Positions 51,482 through 64,000 are shown, counted from the first letter of the stretch. The stretch is DNA of 64,000 nucleotides from Tubulanus polymorphus (GCF_964204645.1 NC_134027.1:27614560-27678559); one strand, 5' to 3'. The notes: a model not told the origin generated them from the sequence alone. A program made the numbers and translations.

Positions 51482-52737
51482 CTTACCTTTCTACCTAAAG
51501 CGTGAATCCCAGCAATAACTGCTGCCATATTCTGATTATCAGTTAAATAAACAGATTGGAATAGATCTCCTCTGGCACAACCATATCTTTCCGCGGCTGT
51601 CAGAAAATTAGAAACATTCTCCATCAATTTGAAACTATTCGATGAAGTCGGGTGAATGTTTGGAACGGAATCAGGTGACACCACATTCATTACTCTGAAA
51701 ACAATAGGCGGATTACTTTTAGATATTATAGCCGCGATCACACGAAGACGATTAGGCACGGGACAAATTGGCACCGATCACCAGGCCCGGGCTTAATTTG
51801 GCCCGTGTCTAATTAGAGAGCGCGTTCACACGCAAACCATTCACTCGATACTAAACAATGCTCAAACAAAGCGAAGTGGATCATTTCCGGTGCCAGTTGC
51901 AATTCAAACGCAATCATTTGTCTGGTGCTAAAATTTGGCTCGGGCCTGGTCCGACGTTTTTGGTCGGGCCAAATAGGAGGCTCGGGCACATTTGGCACCC
52001 ATGTGAACAGTTGTTCCGGGCCAAATTTGGCCCGGGCCAAAAATGCGCGTGTTATCGCGGCTTATGAAGATATACATTAGTACTTTTAGCCACAGTAGAT
52101 CGGGCTGGTGAATTGAACCGCTATAAATAGATTTAAAAAAAAACAGATTTATTTAGGATTTGGAATTGATGAGGCACAACGGGCTGTTTTGAAATCTGGC
52201 TGTAGAGTTAATAAAACATTCGAAATAAACTAATTTTAACTCTTATATCAAACTTAACTAACATTTGTGGAACTTCTTATAAATTTGCATATATATTGAA
52301 GACGTACTTGCAAAGAATGACGCCATCGCAAAGAGCTTTTTGTAGATTATCTCGACCTGAAACTTCCTGTAAAATAATTATATATATAGAATGTTTCATC
52401 CATGAACAATGACTGAGAAAATTCACAAATTGACCTGAAAGACAAACCGGTAATTTATATCCTAGAACAGCTTCAATCCACTCTACGGCTTGTCGTTCTG
52501 ATTCCACATCGTATTTGGCATCAATCTGTAAACAGATAAAGTGGCGAGATTTATAGTAATCCAAGTTGTTCCAGGATCTACAGTTCCATAGTTCAACAAC
52601 AGGAGTGGATCATTAGTTCATTTTCTCTGAGAACAGTCTCAATCAGAACTCTGATGGTACTGAGTCTAAGTATGAAATTATCTTACTTTACTTGTGGTTT
52701 CAGCAGTATATCCATAACCTACAGGACGATTAGCCAT
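51238..52737 (-). CDS. Myophilin/Mp20/transgelin-like calponin-homology protein, 5 coding exons
   Basis: MANRPVGYGYTAETTSK|IDAKYDVESERQAVEWIEAV..|EVSGRDNLQKALCDGVILCK|..FKLMENVSNFL..DLFQSVYL..IHALGRK|AQVNGFKGPVLGPKEASANPREFSEEQL..*. Confidence 0.9.
51730..52063. mobile_element. GC-rich ~330-bp MITE in an intron (TIR agccgcgatcacacg...cgtgttatcgcggct)
   Basis: TIRs, internal tttggcccgggccaaa palindromes, and tat on both flanks. Confidence 0.75.
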
Positions 52738-53696
52738 TTTTACTGATTCAATCGGCAAAATCTACTCCGGTATAATGTGACTGATTCGTACGTCGTGCGC
52801 GCACTCTAGCCGTAACCCGCTACGCTGTTATAAGCCTTATACAGTTCTGTTATTTTAAGCTTCTCCCAATTAAAACTTTCCGCTTTTATCTATATCGTTA
52901 TGCTTCATATTCTTTGTACTAAAGCGTTGTCAGGGTCAATAAGTCGATCCAATCCTGCACTCGTTTTCTCCCAACTAGAGTTTCGCCAGGAATCGTACAT
53001 GACCGGGTGGCATTAGTGAGATCAACCAGACCTTGAACCAGTTCTGCACAGTTTACATTTAAAACATGTCTGACTGTCTTGATTAGAGTCTTGGACTGAT
53101 TGAGTCCCCTAAATTTACGCTTTCGAAACTACGTCCGCGAAGACCTAACGCGCCCCGGGGAATCACAAACCAGCGCGTGGAATGACCTCCAGAGAAATTC
53201 CATCCCCTCAGACTCAAAAACAAAATATCGTTAAGGGTACAACCTAGTAGTCACAGCTGGCGTAACTCAACCGCCGTTTCTAAAGAAATAAGGAATAAGG
53301 AACAAGTATCCAACTTCAGGGGTATTTCTCAATCGTCATCTCAAATACTTATCTAATTTAGTAAAAGTTTCAGGGTTACTGTTAACCATGTTTGTTTCAT
53401 TTTTCTCAACTGTATCATCGGACACATTTCACAGTTTTAAAGAAATTCGTCACCTGATCTTATCATTGGCTCGTATTTGTCATGCGCAGGTTCCACAGCA
53501 GAATGCGTCTAATCCGTAGTTACCGGCAGGTACTTGAACATTATGGTAACGGCTGATATTAATGCGGCATCCAATAAACAACTCAGAAAATAGTCATTGT
53601 CACCGAGTGCGAAATGATGCGCTAGACCCCTAACCCTAACTCCATCGACCCTTCTACGACACTGGATCCTTAACCCTATTATCTGCGGTTCAAAAA

Positions 53697-53729
53697 GCCG
53701 CCATTTTATTTTCCCGGTACTACTTCCGC
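53697..53729. promoter_or_regulatory. YY1-like (GCCGCCATTTT) and ETS-like (ACTTCCG) motifs in the divergent promoter region
   Basis: Motif match between the divergent myophilin-like and ZDHHC3 genes. Confidence 0.4.
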
Positions 53730-54182
53730 CTCGTGGATCATTTCAACACTATATGAAATATCAATCGGAAAGATGATGCTTGATATATCGAAATCTTCGC
53801 TTACACGTGTATGCACACATAGACGTTAGAAATTCACAGTTCTGAGCAGAACGTTTATCAAAACAATCTATCAATAATTTGTATCTATGATTAATCGCTT
53901 TCATCGACATTTCGTTTTTAAATTTTCAATTGCGACAAACCTAGACAGGTCGCCTGTCCAATTCTGCGCCACCTGCATTATCGGCAACCAGTCTACTACA
54001 AACCAAGCGCGATTTTCTACTGTTGTGGAGAACTTCCGGCCACCATTGCTCGGGGAATTTTTGATGAATAAATTAAGAGAATAAATAGCAAGCATTTCTT
54101 GTTACACAATACAGCGAACGGTCGTGCATACAGACTGATTCTTTTGACTCAGCAGTGGTGTATATCAATGATCTCTAAACAA

Positions 54183-54221
<39 letters not shown>

Positions 54222-54929
54222 GTAAGTTTAAATTCAATCTTTTATTTGTTTGACATCCACCCCGGCCGCGGTGTGGTACTGCCCTCTCTCATTAACCTGT
54301 GTTAACTTAAACTACCCTACCCTATAGCGAAGCCCAGAGTTTGATGCTATATGCTTTATTTCAATGAAACTTGAGGTTAAGCACCAGTTCCAGTCCAGGA
54401 GAGAGAGAGAGGTTTCGAGTAGCTGAACTCAATTTTGAACTGCTGAATTTGAATTTGGTCTTTTAAATCTTAGTCAAGGCTCAACGTCAAGAGAGAGGGA
54501 CCCTGAGTGCAGCCACTCGTTGAGGCTGGTCCGGCAGTGGACTGGTGGGTGAAACAGGTAGGCCCAGCTGCTGGGTGCAGCAGGTGCGCCCAGCTGGGCC
54601 TTGTTCACTTAGATTAGGTCCTAACTATAACTATTATTTCAGGCCAATTGTAAGGAAAGTATTAAAATCAAATAAAGCAGAAATAGAGTATTCTCAATCA
54701 TTTTACTGGCAAGTATTTATTTATACAGACACAGTCTCAGCCAGTCAGTCGGTCACAGATGTTGTCAACTTCATTCACAACCTCACCCAAAAAACACCGC
54801 TAAAAAACAAAAAAATAAATGTGTCCATTGTTGATTGTTTCGAAGGATTTTATGGCAATCGCTGCTCAAGCTTATTTTTTTCTAATTCATTCCATTTTAG
54901 TTATAAATGTTTTGTAATTTGTGTTGTAA

Positions 54930-57900
54930 ATGGAGTCAGGGTCTCTTGTGAGGAGGTAAGTTTTAGAATCAAGCAACCCGCCATATTGTCCCCTAACTCT
55001 AAAATAGTCCCTCGGTCCCTTAACTTTTAGATAGCCCCAGAATTTTTGCTTTTATTAATTCTTGAGCTAATAAATTTCATACGCTTTGCTTCCAGCTTTT
55101 TCTGAGAACCCTTAAAAACAATACTTTTAACTCTTTCATCATCGGTTCTGAAACTGTGGAAAGTTGCTTGATTCTTTCTTACGTCTCTCAGTTGAACTAT
55201 TAATGTACTTTTATGTAAAATACCGTTTTAATATTGCAGCTTTTTAACCAAATTCTATTTACGGATTATTTACGTATTGTTACGTATTGTTACTGCGCTT
55301 CTGTCTTCGCTCTTATATTTTGAAAGTCACTTGATTTTTATGTTAAATATTATCAATGTTTTTAACGTTTTTTAGTTCTTTGTAATTTCTTACAAATTAC
55401 ATTGTCGTCGTAGTTGTATTGAATGTAATTTCTTACAAATTACATCGAAACTCGCTGCCGCTGCTGAAGTTGTTGTGTTGTATTGATCAGAAAAACAAAT
55501 TGTGCCTCACACAATTAGTAGAGATGACTTCAGTATTGACTGAATCGCGTTCAACAATTTAGTTATTTATGAATCCTTGAATGTAAAACATTTAATAAAA
55601 CGGTGTTTATATTTTCAGGCACGAAGTAAAGATTCCTGATAATGGAGTAACGGTACGGACTTATAATAATCAAAAACCCGATGAAACCGATGATTCTGAA
55701 TGTTGTTCTTCTTGCGGTCGTTTATTAAAGTGTTTTATTCCTGAACGTTGTTTAAGACTACGGTGTATGATGGATATCTGGTTTGTGAAGGATATTTGCG
55801 GTATTATCTGCGCCGTTTTAACCTGGATGTTGGTTCTATTTGCTGAATATGTAGTGAATTTTGTGATGTTAATTCCGATGAATTATACACATCCGATATA
55901 TGCGACTATAAACGCTCTGATTTTTAATATGCTTTCATTCCTGGCGGTCGCTTCACATGTTAAAGCTATGATCACTGATCCGGTAAGTGTTAGATCCACA
56001 GTTCCACTCTGAATCCAGTTCCACACTTCTGCACCCAGTTCCACAGTTCTGAACCCAGTTCCACAGTTCTGAACCCAGTTCCACAGTTCTGGATCCAGTT
56101 CCACAGTTCTGCACCCAGTTCCCCAGTTCTGAACCCAGTTCCACAGTTCTGAACTCAGTTCCAGTTCCACAGTTCTGGATCAAATTCCACAGTTGTGGAT
56201 CCGGTTCCACAGTTCTGAATCCAGTTCCACAGTTCTGAACCCAGTTCCACAGTTCTGCACCCAGTTCCACAGTTCTTGATTCAGTTCCAAAGTTCTGAAC
56301 TCAGTTCTAGTTCCACAGTTCTGGATCAAATTCCACAGTTGTGGATCCGGTTCCACAGTTTTGAAGTGTCGAACTAGATCCAGCAGATTTATTCCTGTAA
56401 TTCACCCTTAGTGTCTCCGCTTTCATAATCTGCATTAAAACATATTTTCCCACATGAAAATTATTTGATATAATGTAATTTTTTTTGAATGCTTAACTTG
56501 CACATAGTTTAAAACATTAAATATTTACTGTTTGTATATTTACAGGGAACTGTTCCGAGAGGTAACGCTACTAAAGAAAATATCATGCGTATGGGATTTA
56601 CTGATGGTCAGGTTATTTATAAATGTCCTAAATGTTGTAGTATTAAACCAGCTCGAGCCCATCATTGTAGGTAAGTTATACCTCACTCGCCCCGCATCCC
56701 CTTCGTACATATATCGAAATAGTCATTGTAAAAAACTGTTCAGTAATGTCTAAGAAAGAATGCTCACTCGCCCCTGTATCCTTCATATTTCAGTATCTGT
56801 AGAAGATGTGTGAAGAAGATGGACCATCATTGTCCGTGGGTTAATAACTGTGTCGGGGAAAATAATCAGAAATTCTTTGTTTTATTCACTGTAAGTAAAA
56901 TGCAATTACTGAATTATAGATCTACAGTAGATTCTACAGTAAACTGCCTCTGATCTACAGTAGATTCTACAGTAAACTGCCTCTGATCTACAGTAGATTC
57001 TACAGTAAACTGCCTCTGATCTACAGTAGATTCTACAGTAAACTGCCTCTGATCTACAGTAGATTCTACAGTAAACTGCCTCTGATCTACAATAGATTCT
57101 ACAGTAAACTGCCTCTGATCTACAGTAGATTCTACAGTAAACTGCCTCTGATCTACAGTAGATTCTACAGTAAACTGCCTCTGATCTACAGTAGATTCTA
57201 CAGTAAACTGCCTCTGATCTACAGTAGATTCTACAGTAAACTGCCTCTGATCTACAGTAGATTCTACAGTTAACTGCCTCTGATCTACAGTAGATTCTAC
57301 AGTAAACTGCCTCTGATCTACAGTAGATTCTACAGTAAACTGCCTCTGATCTACAGTAGATTCTACAGTAAACTGCCTCTGATCTACAGTAGATTCTACA
57401 GTAAACTGCCTCTGATCTACAGTAGATCTATTTGTGTACAGTGTAATCTATGATATATGATATGATGATTAATTGCAGGTTTATATATGTCTGATATCGT
57501 GTCACGCGATGTATATGGCTGTTACTCATTTTGTTATGTGCATCGGTAGTGATTGGACAGGTAAGCGTTATCATTAGTTTAGTTCCTCTTCAGTCCGTTA
57601 GGTGGCAGCTCATAGCGTTGTTTCGTAGATTATAATGTTTCCATTGTGTACGTCTGAACAAATGTATTGTTAGAGAGGTGAGAGGGGTGGGGAGGGGGAG
57701 GGGTGGGGAGGGGGTGGTGGACTGTCAATAATGTTTTTGTCTTCATGCCGGTAACTGGGTTCAATCTTCCCCACATTTATTTAAATTTGGTGTCGGGTTT
57801 GCCCCCCTCCCCCCCCCCCCCGACTGTCTCTCGGAGCAGTTTTTGTGATCTAATTAATTGGTTATTGTTTGTTTGTTTGGCTGTTTACAGAGCCCGGAAA

Positions 57901-59345
57901 CTTGGCCAAATTATCACCAGAAAAGGGACCTGAAGGTGTGATTACATTTCTTATGGGTGGTGACACGAAAAAAGGTCTGTATCACCTTTCCTTTCTCAAA
58001 AAAATTACCCGGTGAAAGAGAGAGAAGGGAGAGACCCCAGGTGTGATGAAACACGAGAGAAGGGATACCCCAGGTGTTAGCTAGTAATGATACGACAAAC
58101 TGACTGAGATTCATATTAGTTACTAATGATGTATTGATTGAATATAAAATTCCATCACACTCAAAAATATGATACTAGTTTATCCATTATTCCCTATCTG
58201 CCCCGCTCATCCCCCCATCTCCCCCTCTTTTATCTCCCCCTCTCGTCCCCCATCTCCCCCTCTTTTATCTCCCCCTCTCATCCCCCCATCTCCCCCACTT
58301 TCGTCTTCATGAGATTCTCTCTGATATATTTACAGATTGTATGAGATTCTCTCTGATATATTTACAGATTGTATGAGATTCTCTCTTATATATTTACAGA
58401 TTGTATGAGATTCTCTCCGGCTGCTACGACTATTCTCCTGATATTCCTTATATTTGAAGCGTTATTGTTTGGAATTTTCACTGCTGTGATGTTTGGAACT
58501 CAAATGAGTGCTATTTGTTCAGATGAAACGGTAAGATACTCCTTATATAGTTTAACTGGATAGTTACTCTGGATAGTTACTGGATAGTTACTGGATAGTT
58601 ACTCTGGATAGTTACTGGATAGTTACTCTGGATAGTTACTCTGGATAGTTATTCTGGATAGTTACTGGATAGTTACTCTGGATAGTTACTCTGGATAGTT
58701 ACTCTGGATAGTTACTCTAGAATATAGATAATGGATAGTTATCATAAACTAGTAAACCTGATTTCCTTTAACTGCAACTTCTAGCATCCACTAGAGTACA
58801 CTCGCACCTAGTTTAAAACTGGGTTTCATCGCACTACAGGTAGCTAGTGATAGACAGCTAGTTGTCAGGTAGCTTCCTAGTCTAGATAGCTACCGGGAGG
58901 AGGTTATTATACTGGAATCTGTAATTGAAATTTCAATGGAACTGCATCAACTCGGTTTAATTAATACATTGATTGATGTTTGAGAAGTTTCTGTTCTGTG
59001 AAATTTAATTAAAATCAAACCTGCATGAATTTTAAGACTGTTTCGATATAACTGCGACGTTTAGACGTGTAATCTCTTTAATGAGATTCGTGAAACTTCT
59101 TAGTCGTAAACCTTATATCAATATATTTGAATTGGATTGAATGAACGCACGAACTAATAAATGATTTTATATTCGTATTTTTTCAGGGAATTGAACAGTT
59201 GAAACGAGAACAGCCTTCATGGGAAAAACAAAGTAAATGGTTAAGCATGAAGGGTGTGTTTGGACATCCGTTTTCAATTCAATGGTTCAGTCCGTTTCAT
59301 TTACCAAAATTCGGTAAAAAAGATGCTTATCAATATATTGTATGA
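54930..59345 (+). CDS. ZDHHC3: DHHC palmitoyltransferase of the ZDHHC3/ZDHHC7 subfamily
   Basis: Exons 54930-54955 (putative MESGSLVR), 55619-55983 ([23 protein letters not shown]), 56546-56670 ([17 protein letters not shown]), 56794-56890 ([24 protein letters not shown]), 57479-57560, 58400-58530 ([13 protein letters not shown]), 59187-59345 (GIEQLK..YQYIV*). Confidence 0.93.
55996..56360. repeat. 20-bp minisatellite from the MITE A terminus (ccagttccacagttctgaac)
   Basis: Directly visible, starts just after a donor. Confidence 0.93.
56918..57429. repeat. 33-bp minisatellite ctgcctctgatctacagtagattctacagtaaa, ~15 copies
   Basis: Directly visible. Confidence 0.95.
58555..58720. repeat. 11/13-bp repeat ctggatagtta(ct)
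   Basis: Directly visible. Confidence 0.9.
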
Positions 59346-59574
59346 AACACTGTAGCTGTATAGATCAGATGCTGTCTTCAGATGCGCTCGTATATTGTAT
59401 GATACAATGTAGCTGTATAGATCAGATGCTGTCTTCAGATGCACTAGTTTATTGTATGATACAATGTAGTAAGTTTTCCATGTATAGTTCAGACAGGCTG
59501 TGGATTTATGGTTTGTACAGTGATTGAAACCTCCTCGTTAAAATGATGGTTCCCCAGATTAATCCATACTGAAT

Positions 59575-60568
59575 ATCAACAAACTATCAGTTATAACAAA
59601 CAGATTTTCTGGTGCCCTGAAGTTTGTTGTACTGAGGTCCGCTGTATATAGAACTATCAGTTATAACGGACAGATTTTCTGGTGCCCTGAAGTTTGTTGT
59701 ACTGAGGTCTGCAGTATATAGAACTATCAGTTATAACAAACAGATTTTCTGTTCTCCTGAAGTTCGTTGTAACGAGGTTCCGCTGTATATAGAACTATCA
59801 GTTATAATGAACAGATTTTCTGGTCTCGTGAAATTCGCTGTAACGAGGTTCCGCTGTATATAGAACTATCAGTTATAACAAACAGATTTTCTGGTGCCCT
59901 GAAGTTTGTTGTACTGAGGTCTGCAGTATATAGAACTATCAGTTATAACAAACAGATTTTCTGTTCTCCTGAAGTTCGTTGTAACGAGGTTCCGCTGTAT
60001 ATAGAACTATCAGTTATAACAAACAGATTTTCTGTTCTCCTGAAGTTCGTTGTAACGAGGTTCCGCTGTATATAGAACTATCAGTTATAACAAACAGATT
60101 TTCTGTTCTCCTGAAGTTTGTTGTACTGAGGTCCGCTGTATATAGAACTATCAGTTATAACGGACAGATTTTCTGGTGCCCTGAAGTTCGTTGTATTGAG
60201 GTTCCGCTGTATATAGAACTATCAGTTATAACGGACAGATTTTCTGTTCTCCTGAAGTTTGTTGTAACGAGGTTCCACTGTATATAGAACTATCAGTTAT
60301 AACGGACAGATTTTCTGTTCTCCTGAAGTTCGTTGTATTGAGGTTCCGCTGTATATAGAACTATCAGTTATAACGGACAGATTTTCTGGTGCCCTGAAGT
60401 TTGTTGTACTGAGGTCCGCTGTATATAGAACTATCAGTTATAACGGACAGATTTTCTGGTGCCCTGAAGTTCGTTGTATTGAGGTTCCGCTGTATATAGA
60501 ACTATCAGTTATAACGGACAGATTTTCTGGTCTCCTGAAGTTCGTTCGTTGATCAAAGTTCCACTGTA
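59575..60568. repeat. 70-71-bp x ~14 array of the right terminus of a Tc1/mariner-like MITE, 3' of ZDHHC3
   Basis: Units end gaggt(t)cc(g/a)ctgtata, the reverse complement of a tacagtggaacctc-type TIR; similar to 4645-4710. Confidence 0.9.
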
Positions 60569-60678
60569 TTTTATCATCTATATTCATAAAACATTCCTTT
60601 TCATTTTTGATACATGTAATTTGAAGACTTTGTAAAATGTATAAAATGTTGAATTGTAGAATTTACAGCACACTGCAC

Positions 60679-60886
60679 GCCTACTCCTCGCCTACTCCTC
60701 GCCTACTCCTCGCCTACTCCTCGCCTACTCCTCCCTACTCCTCTCCTACTCCTCCCCTACTCCTCTCCTACTCCTCCCCTACTCCTCCCCTACTCCTCCC
60801 CTACTCCTCCCCTACTCCTCCCTACTCTCCTACTCCTCCCCTACTCCTCTCCTACTCCTCCCCTACTCCTCCCTACTCTCCTACTC
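60679..60886. repeat. cctactcctc low-complexity repeat
   Basis: Directly visible. Confidence 0.9.
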
Positions 60887-60929
60887 TATTAGCTTATGTT
60901 CATTTATGTTTGTTTATGATATATCATCG

Positions 60930-61380
60930 ACATATATCATTGATTGATATATCATTGACTGATATATCATTGGTGGACTGATATCATCGATTGATATACT
61001 ATTGACTGATATATCATTGGTTGACTGATATATCATTGACCGATGTATCATCGGCTGATATGATATATCATTTACTCACGAACTGATATATCATCAACTG
61101 ATACATCATTGAATGTATCACTTTTGAATGACACAGATTTTATATCCATTATATCATCGACTGATATATCATCGACTGATATCATTGATTGCTATATCAT
61201 TGACTGATATATCATTGGTGGACTGATATCATCGATTGATATACTATTGACTGATATATCATTGGTTGACTGATATATCATTGACCGATGTATCATCGGC
61301 TGATATGATATATCATTTACTCACGAACTGATATATCATCAACTGATATATCATTAGCCGATACCATTGACTGATATATT
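60930..61380. repeat. Degenerate tgatatatcattgac repeat with an internal ~150-bp duplication
   Basis: 60955-61105 is nearly identical to ~61198-61350. Confidence 0.85.
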
Positions 61381-61954
61381 ATTGTAAAACTGGAAATATG
61401 AATGGATTTAAAAAGTCATGTGAATTATTATTCATTCGACTCCTCCTAGACGTCACATATTTATAGAAATTAAATTGTGAAATTATTTGCAAGAAAAGCA
61501 ATTTTTAAATTTGAATAAATAGATATGAAGTGTATATATTATTATTACTGTGTTTATAGTGTGTTCCCAGTGTATGTAGTACACTACACGTCATAAATAA
61601 AACACCATATATTTATTATTATGAATTTAAAAAGTTTTTTTGTGAATTTTTTTGTTTGATTTTTACGAATGACAATCTCGACGACTGGAACTTGACCGCG
61701 AGAGTACATGACGTCATCAAAGCGAGTAATATCGAAAGCCTGATAACGCGCTGTGACGTCACGGGTTAGACTGGTCGCCTGTCCAATTCTGCGCCACCTG
61801 CATTCGCAGTCAGATAGTAGAGATCGGCAACCAGTCTAGTCATGGATCAAAGTGGAGGACAACGAGTCAAATACGTGTAAAAGATGATAATCGATTCTAC
61901 TCATGATTTTTATAATAGAAAATGAAATTTGTAACACTATTTCTATAATATACT

Positions 61955-62030
61955 ATCCTCGCTTGCCAGGGTTTGATTGTCGCCCCGCCGAGCCGGCGAG
62001 AGCGGCAATCAAACCCTGGCAAGCGAGGAT
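61955..62030. other. Perfect 25-bp inverted repeat hairpin
   Basis: atcctcgcttgccagggtttgattg / caatcaaaccctggcaagcgaggat. Confidence 0.85.
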
Positions 62031-62136
62031 GTAATATACAATTCTAAACGCCGAAATAAGGCAGTCGACGCTGTATGTACACAGTATGTACACAGTATGT
62101 ACATGTACATGTATGATTGTCTTCGTCTCCCGCATG

Positions 62137-63045
62137 TTATATGTACATTATAAACGTCATTTTATTCGTATCGATAAAAAACTCTTGGTTGGTTGGTGAA
62201 GTTGGATTCGAACCCAGGACGTCAGCTGGCTGTTGAATGTTCTGTTTACTTTTGTTCGAAGGAGGAGACATATTAATAGCCTGCGAACTTTTAGAAGTTG
62301 TAACTAAAACGGGGAACTCCGATGTAGAAGTATCAGTTGGACAAACCGATGGCACGTTAGATATGTCCTTAAGATTTAGATTTGAAGGTCGTGACGCCAC
62401 CTGACGGGTGGCCGATCCTGACGCCACCTGGTGGACTGTTAATCCCGAGACCCCAGCCTCGGTTTGTGGAGTATTGTCTTTATTTACAAATTCCGGCCGC
62501 AGATTGACGAGTGGCCACATACTATCACAGGCGTCTCCTACATCAGCCGGTACGACACGAGTAGGAGGGCTCCGGTCTGAATCCCCGGGAGGAGCCGGAG
62601 AGTTCCTCCTTCGTCTATCCGGTTTAAATCGATTCATATTTGAACTGTTTTCACTATGTAAACTAAAAGGTTCCGATTTATAAGAGATGTAAGTAGTAAC
62701 AGTGCTGTTGTAACCAACTTCCGGTTTATCGCTATCCTCGTAGTCACGTGGTGTCGTTATATCCAATCTGGATGTCATTTGTTTTTGTTCTAAACTAATC
62801 GATTCATTGCCTAAAACTCCTCCAGCTCCTCCAACTCCTCCTGCTCCTCCAGCTCCACGACCTCCAGTCCCTCCACGATTCAAATTCGTATCGTAACCGT
62901 TTTCAACGTTATTCATAAATTTAGTTTTAATTTTTCCGCTCAATTGTAGCTTTAGAACGTTCTGTAACTGTTGAACTTGTAATCTGTACATTTCCTTCTC
63001 GGTTCTGAGTTTCGATAACAGCGACACCAATCGGTCGATTTCAGC
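62137..63045 (-). CDS. Large, probably terminal exon of an unidentified gene (leucine-zipper-like coil followed by a disordered S/T/P-rich tail)
   Basis: Acceptor tttcag| at 63045 gives AEIDRLVSLLSKLRTEKEMYRLQVQQLQNVL; ~300 non-repetitive open codons in AT-rich DNA. Confidence 0.7.
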   Translation of the reverse strand, partial: AEIDRLVSLLSKLRTEKEMYRLQVQQLQNVLKLQLSGKIKTKFMNNVENGYDTNLNRGGTGGRGAGGAGGVGGAGGVLGNESISLEQKQMTSRLDITTPRDYEDSDKPEVGYNSTVTTYISYKSEPFSLHSENSSNMNRFKPDRRRRNSPAPPGDSDRSPPTRVVPADVGDACDSMWPLVNLRPEFVNKDNTPQTEAGVSGLTVHQVASGSATRQVASRPSNLNLKDISNVPSVCPTDTSTSEFPVLVTTSKSSQAINMSPPSNKSKQNIQQPADVLGSNPTSPTNQEFFIDTNKMTFIMYI

Positions 63046-64000
63046 CTGAAAACATTTTAAAAAGATGATACCGCGGGTTACGAAACTTTTAATAAATTCT
63101 TCTCATTTTCTAGACCGCTTCTCGTTCAACCGGAGATTCAAAAGTTATGGAATTTTAACCTAATGACGTTAACGGGTATTAACGGGTTATTAACGGTTAT
63201 GGCTTCTGTTTTAAACTTCAAAAAGAAGGAATATCTGATTATAGAATGTGATTACGGTAGACATGGAATATTAATTCAATTATCAACATCAAAGACACAC
63301 AGCACCGATTCTCTGCTCCACCGTCTCACCACCGATCGATAACTAGTGGTCCCGCTCCGTCATTTGACTTATTGGATTAAAACTGGCAACGCGATTGATT
63401 TTATACACGAATTTACCATTGAATTGTTGAGCTGCGTGGAAAGTCTAGAGTACGGTGGGGATAAAGGGGATTGGGGATTCCAGTCTCCGCGGTTGGAACC
63501 GCCGCTCAAATGAGATTATGAGGAATACTGCGAATCGGCGCATCCCAGTCATAGACAAACACGTATTAGTGTGTCCCCATCCCCGTCCAACACTCCCCCT
63601 CCTGACACTACCCCACCCGTCCAACACTATCCCCTAACACCGTGAAAAGTATGTTAGTGTATGAAAATTCCGCTAACGATGAGTATAGTGGCAGCACCTG
63701 ACGGTGTAGTACCCGTTATATTACCACTGCTGAGACCTATGGAGAACACGACGTAATTACGAAATCAGAAGCGTTATAAAAAATGGTATATCCGTTGAAT
63801 TTGAATTAGAATGGGCAAATTTGTCTGAATAATGTCTTCTACAAAAATTGTGTTTGTTCTCCCGGTAAACTCCTCGGTGTAGATTAATGGAAGTTTGAAT
63901 AATTTATGAATTCAATCTCACAGTCCAAAATTATCCTCGCCTTCCTTTATCAAATATGAATTGAATGTCACGTGATGCGTAACTAGAAACATAGCATCGT

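Noticed and set aside
55883-56270. [17 protein letters not shown]-type ORFs (also 23861, 24036, 33013)
   Set aside because: Translations of the 20-bp MITE-A-derived repeat

Overview
AT-rich animal (invertebrate, probably lophotrochozoan-like; inference) nuclear DNA with short GT-AG introns. It is not prokaryotic and has no CRISPR array or rRNA. Gene order, assembled by hand from splice sites: last exon of gigaxonin (GAN, +); MORN1 (-); SEC61 alpha (-); RUVBL1 (-); an uncharacterised ~44-exon, ~2,700-aa EF-hand/helical protein with five ~400-aa internal repeats (+, head-to-head with RUVBL1); two tandemly duplicated intronless class A GPCRs (-); a myophilin/transgelin-like calponin-homology gene (-); ZDHHC3/7 palmitoyltransferase (+); and the last exon of an unknown gene (-). 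Introns and UTRs hold several MITE families and many minisatellites. Most notable: (1) a type I hammerhead-ribozyme-like motif inside a long intronic hairpin; (2) tandem arrays that copy real splice sites (20 donors in one intron, 3 acceptors in another); (3) four MITE families whose termini have each been amplified into satellites; (4) a coding exon beginning CAG|GTAAG; (5) possible alternative first/last exons in ZDHHC3 and MORN1. Family calls rest on remembered motif similarity, not database searches. Exon coordinates may be off by a few bases.
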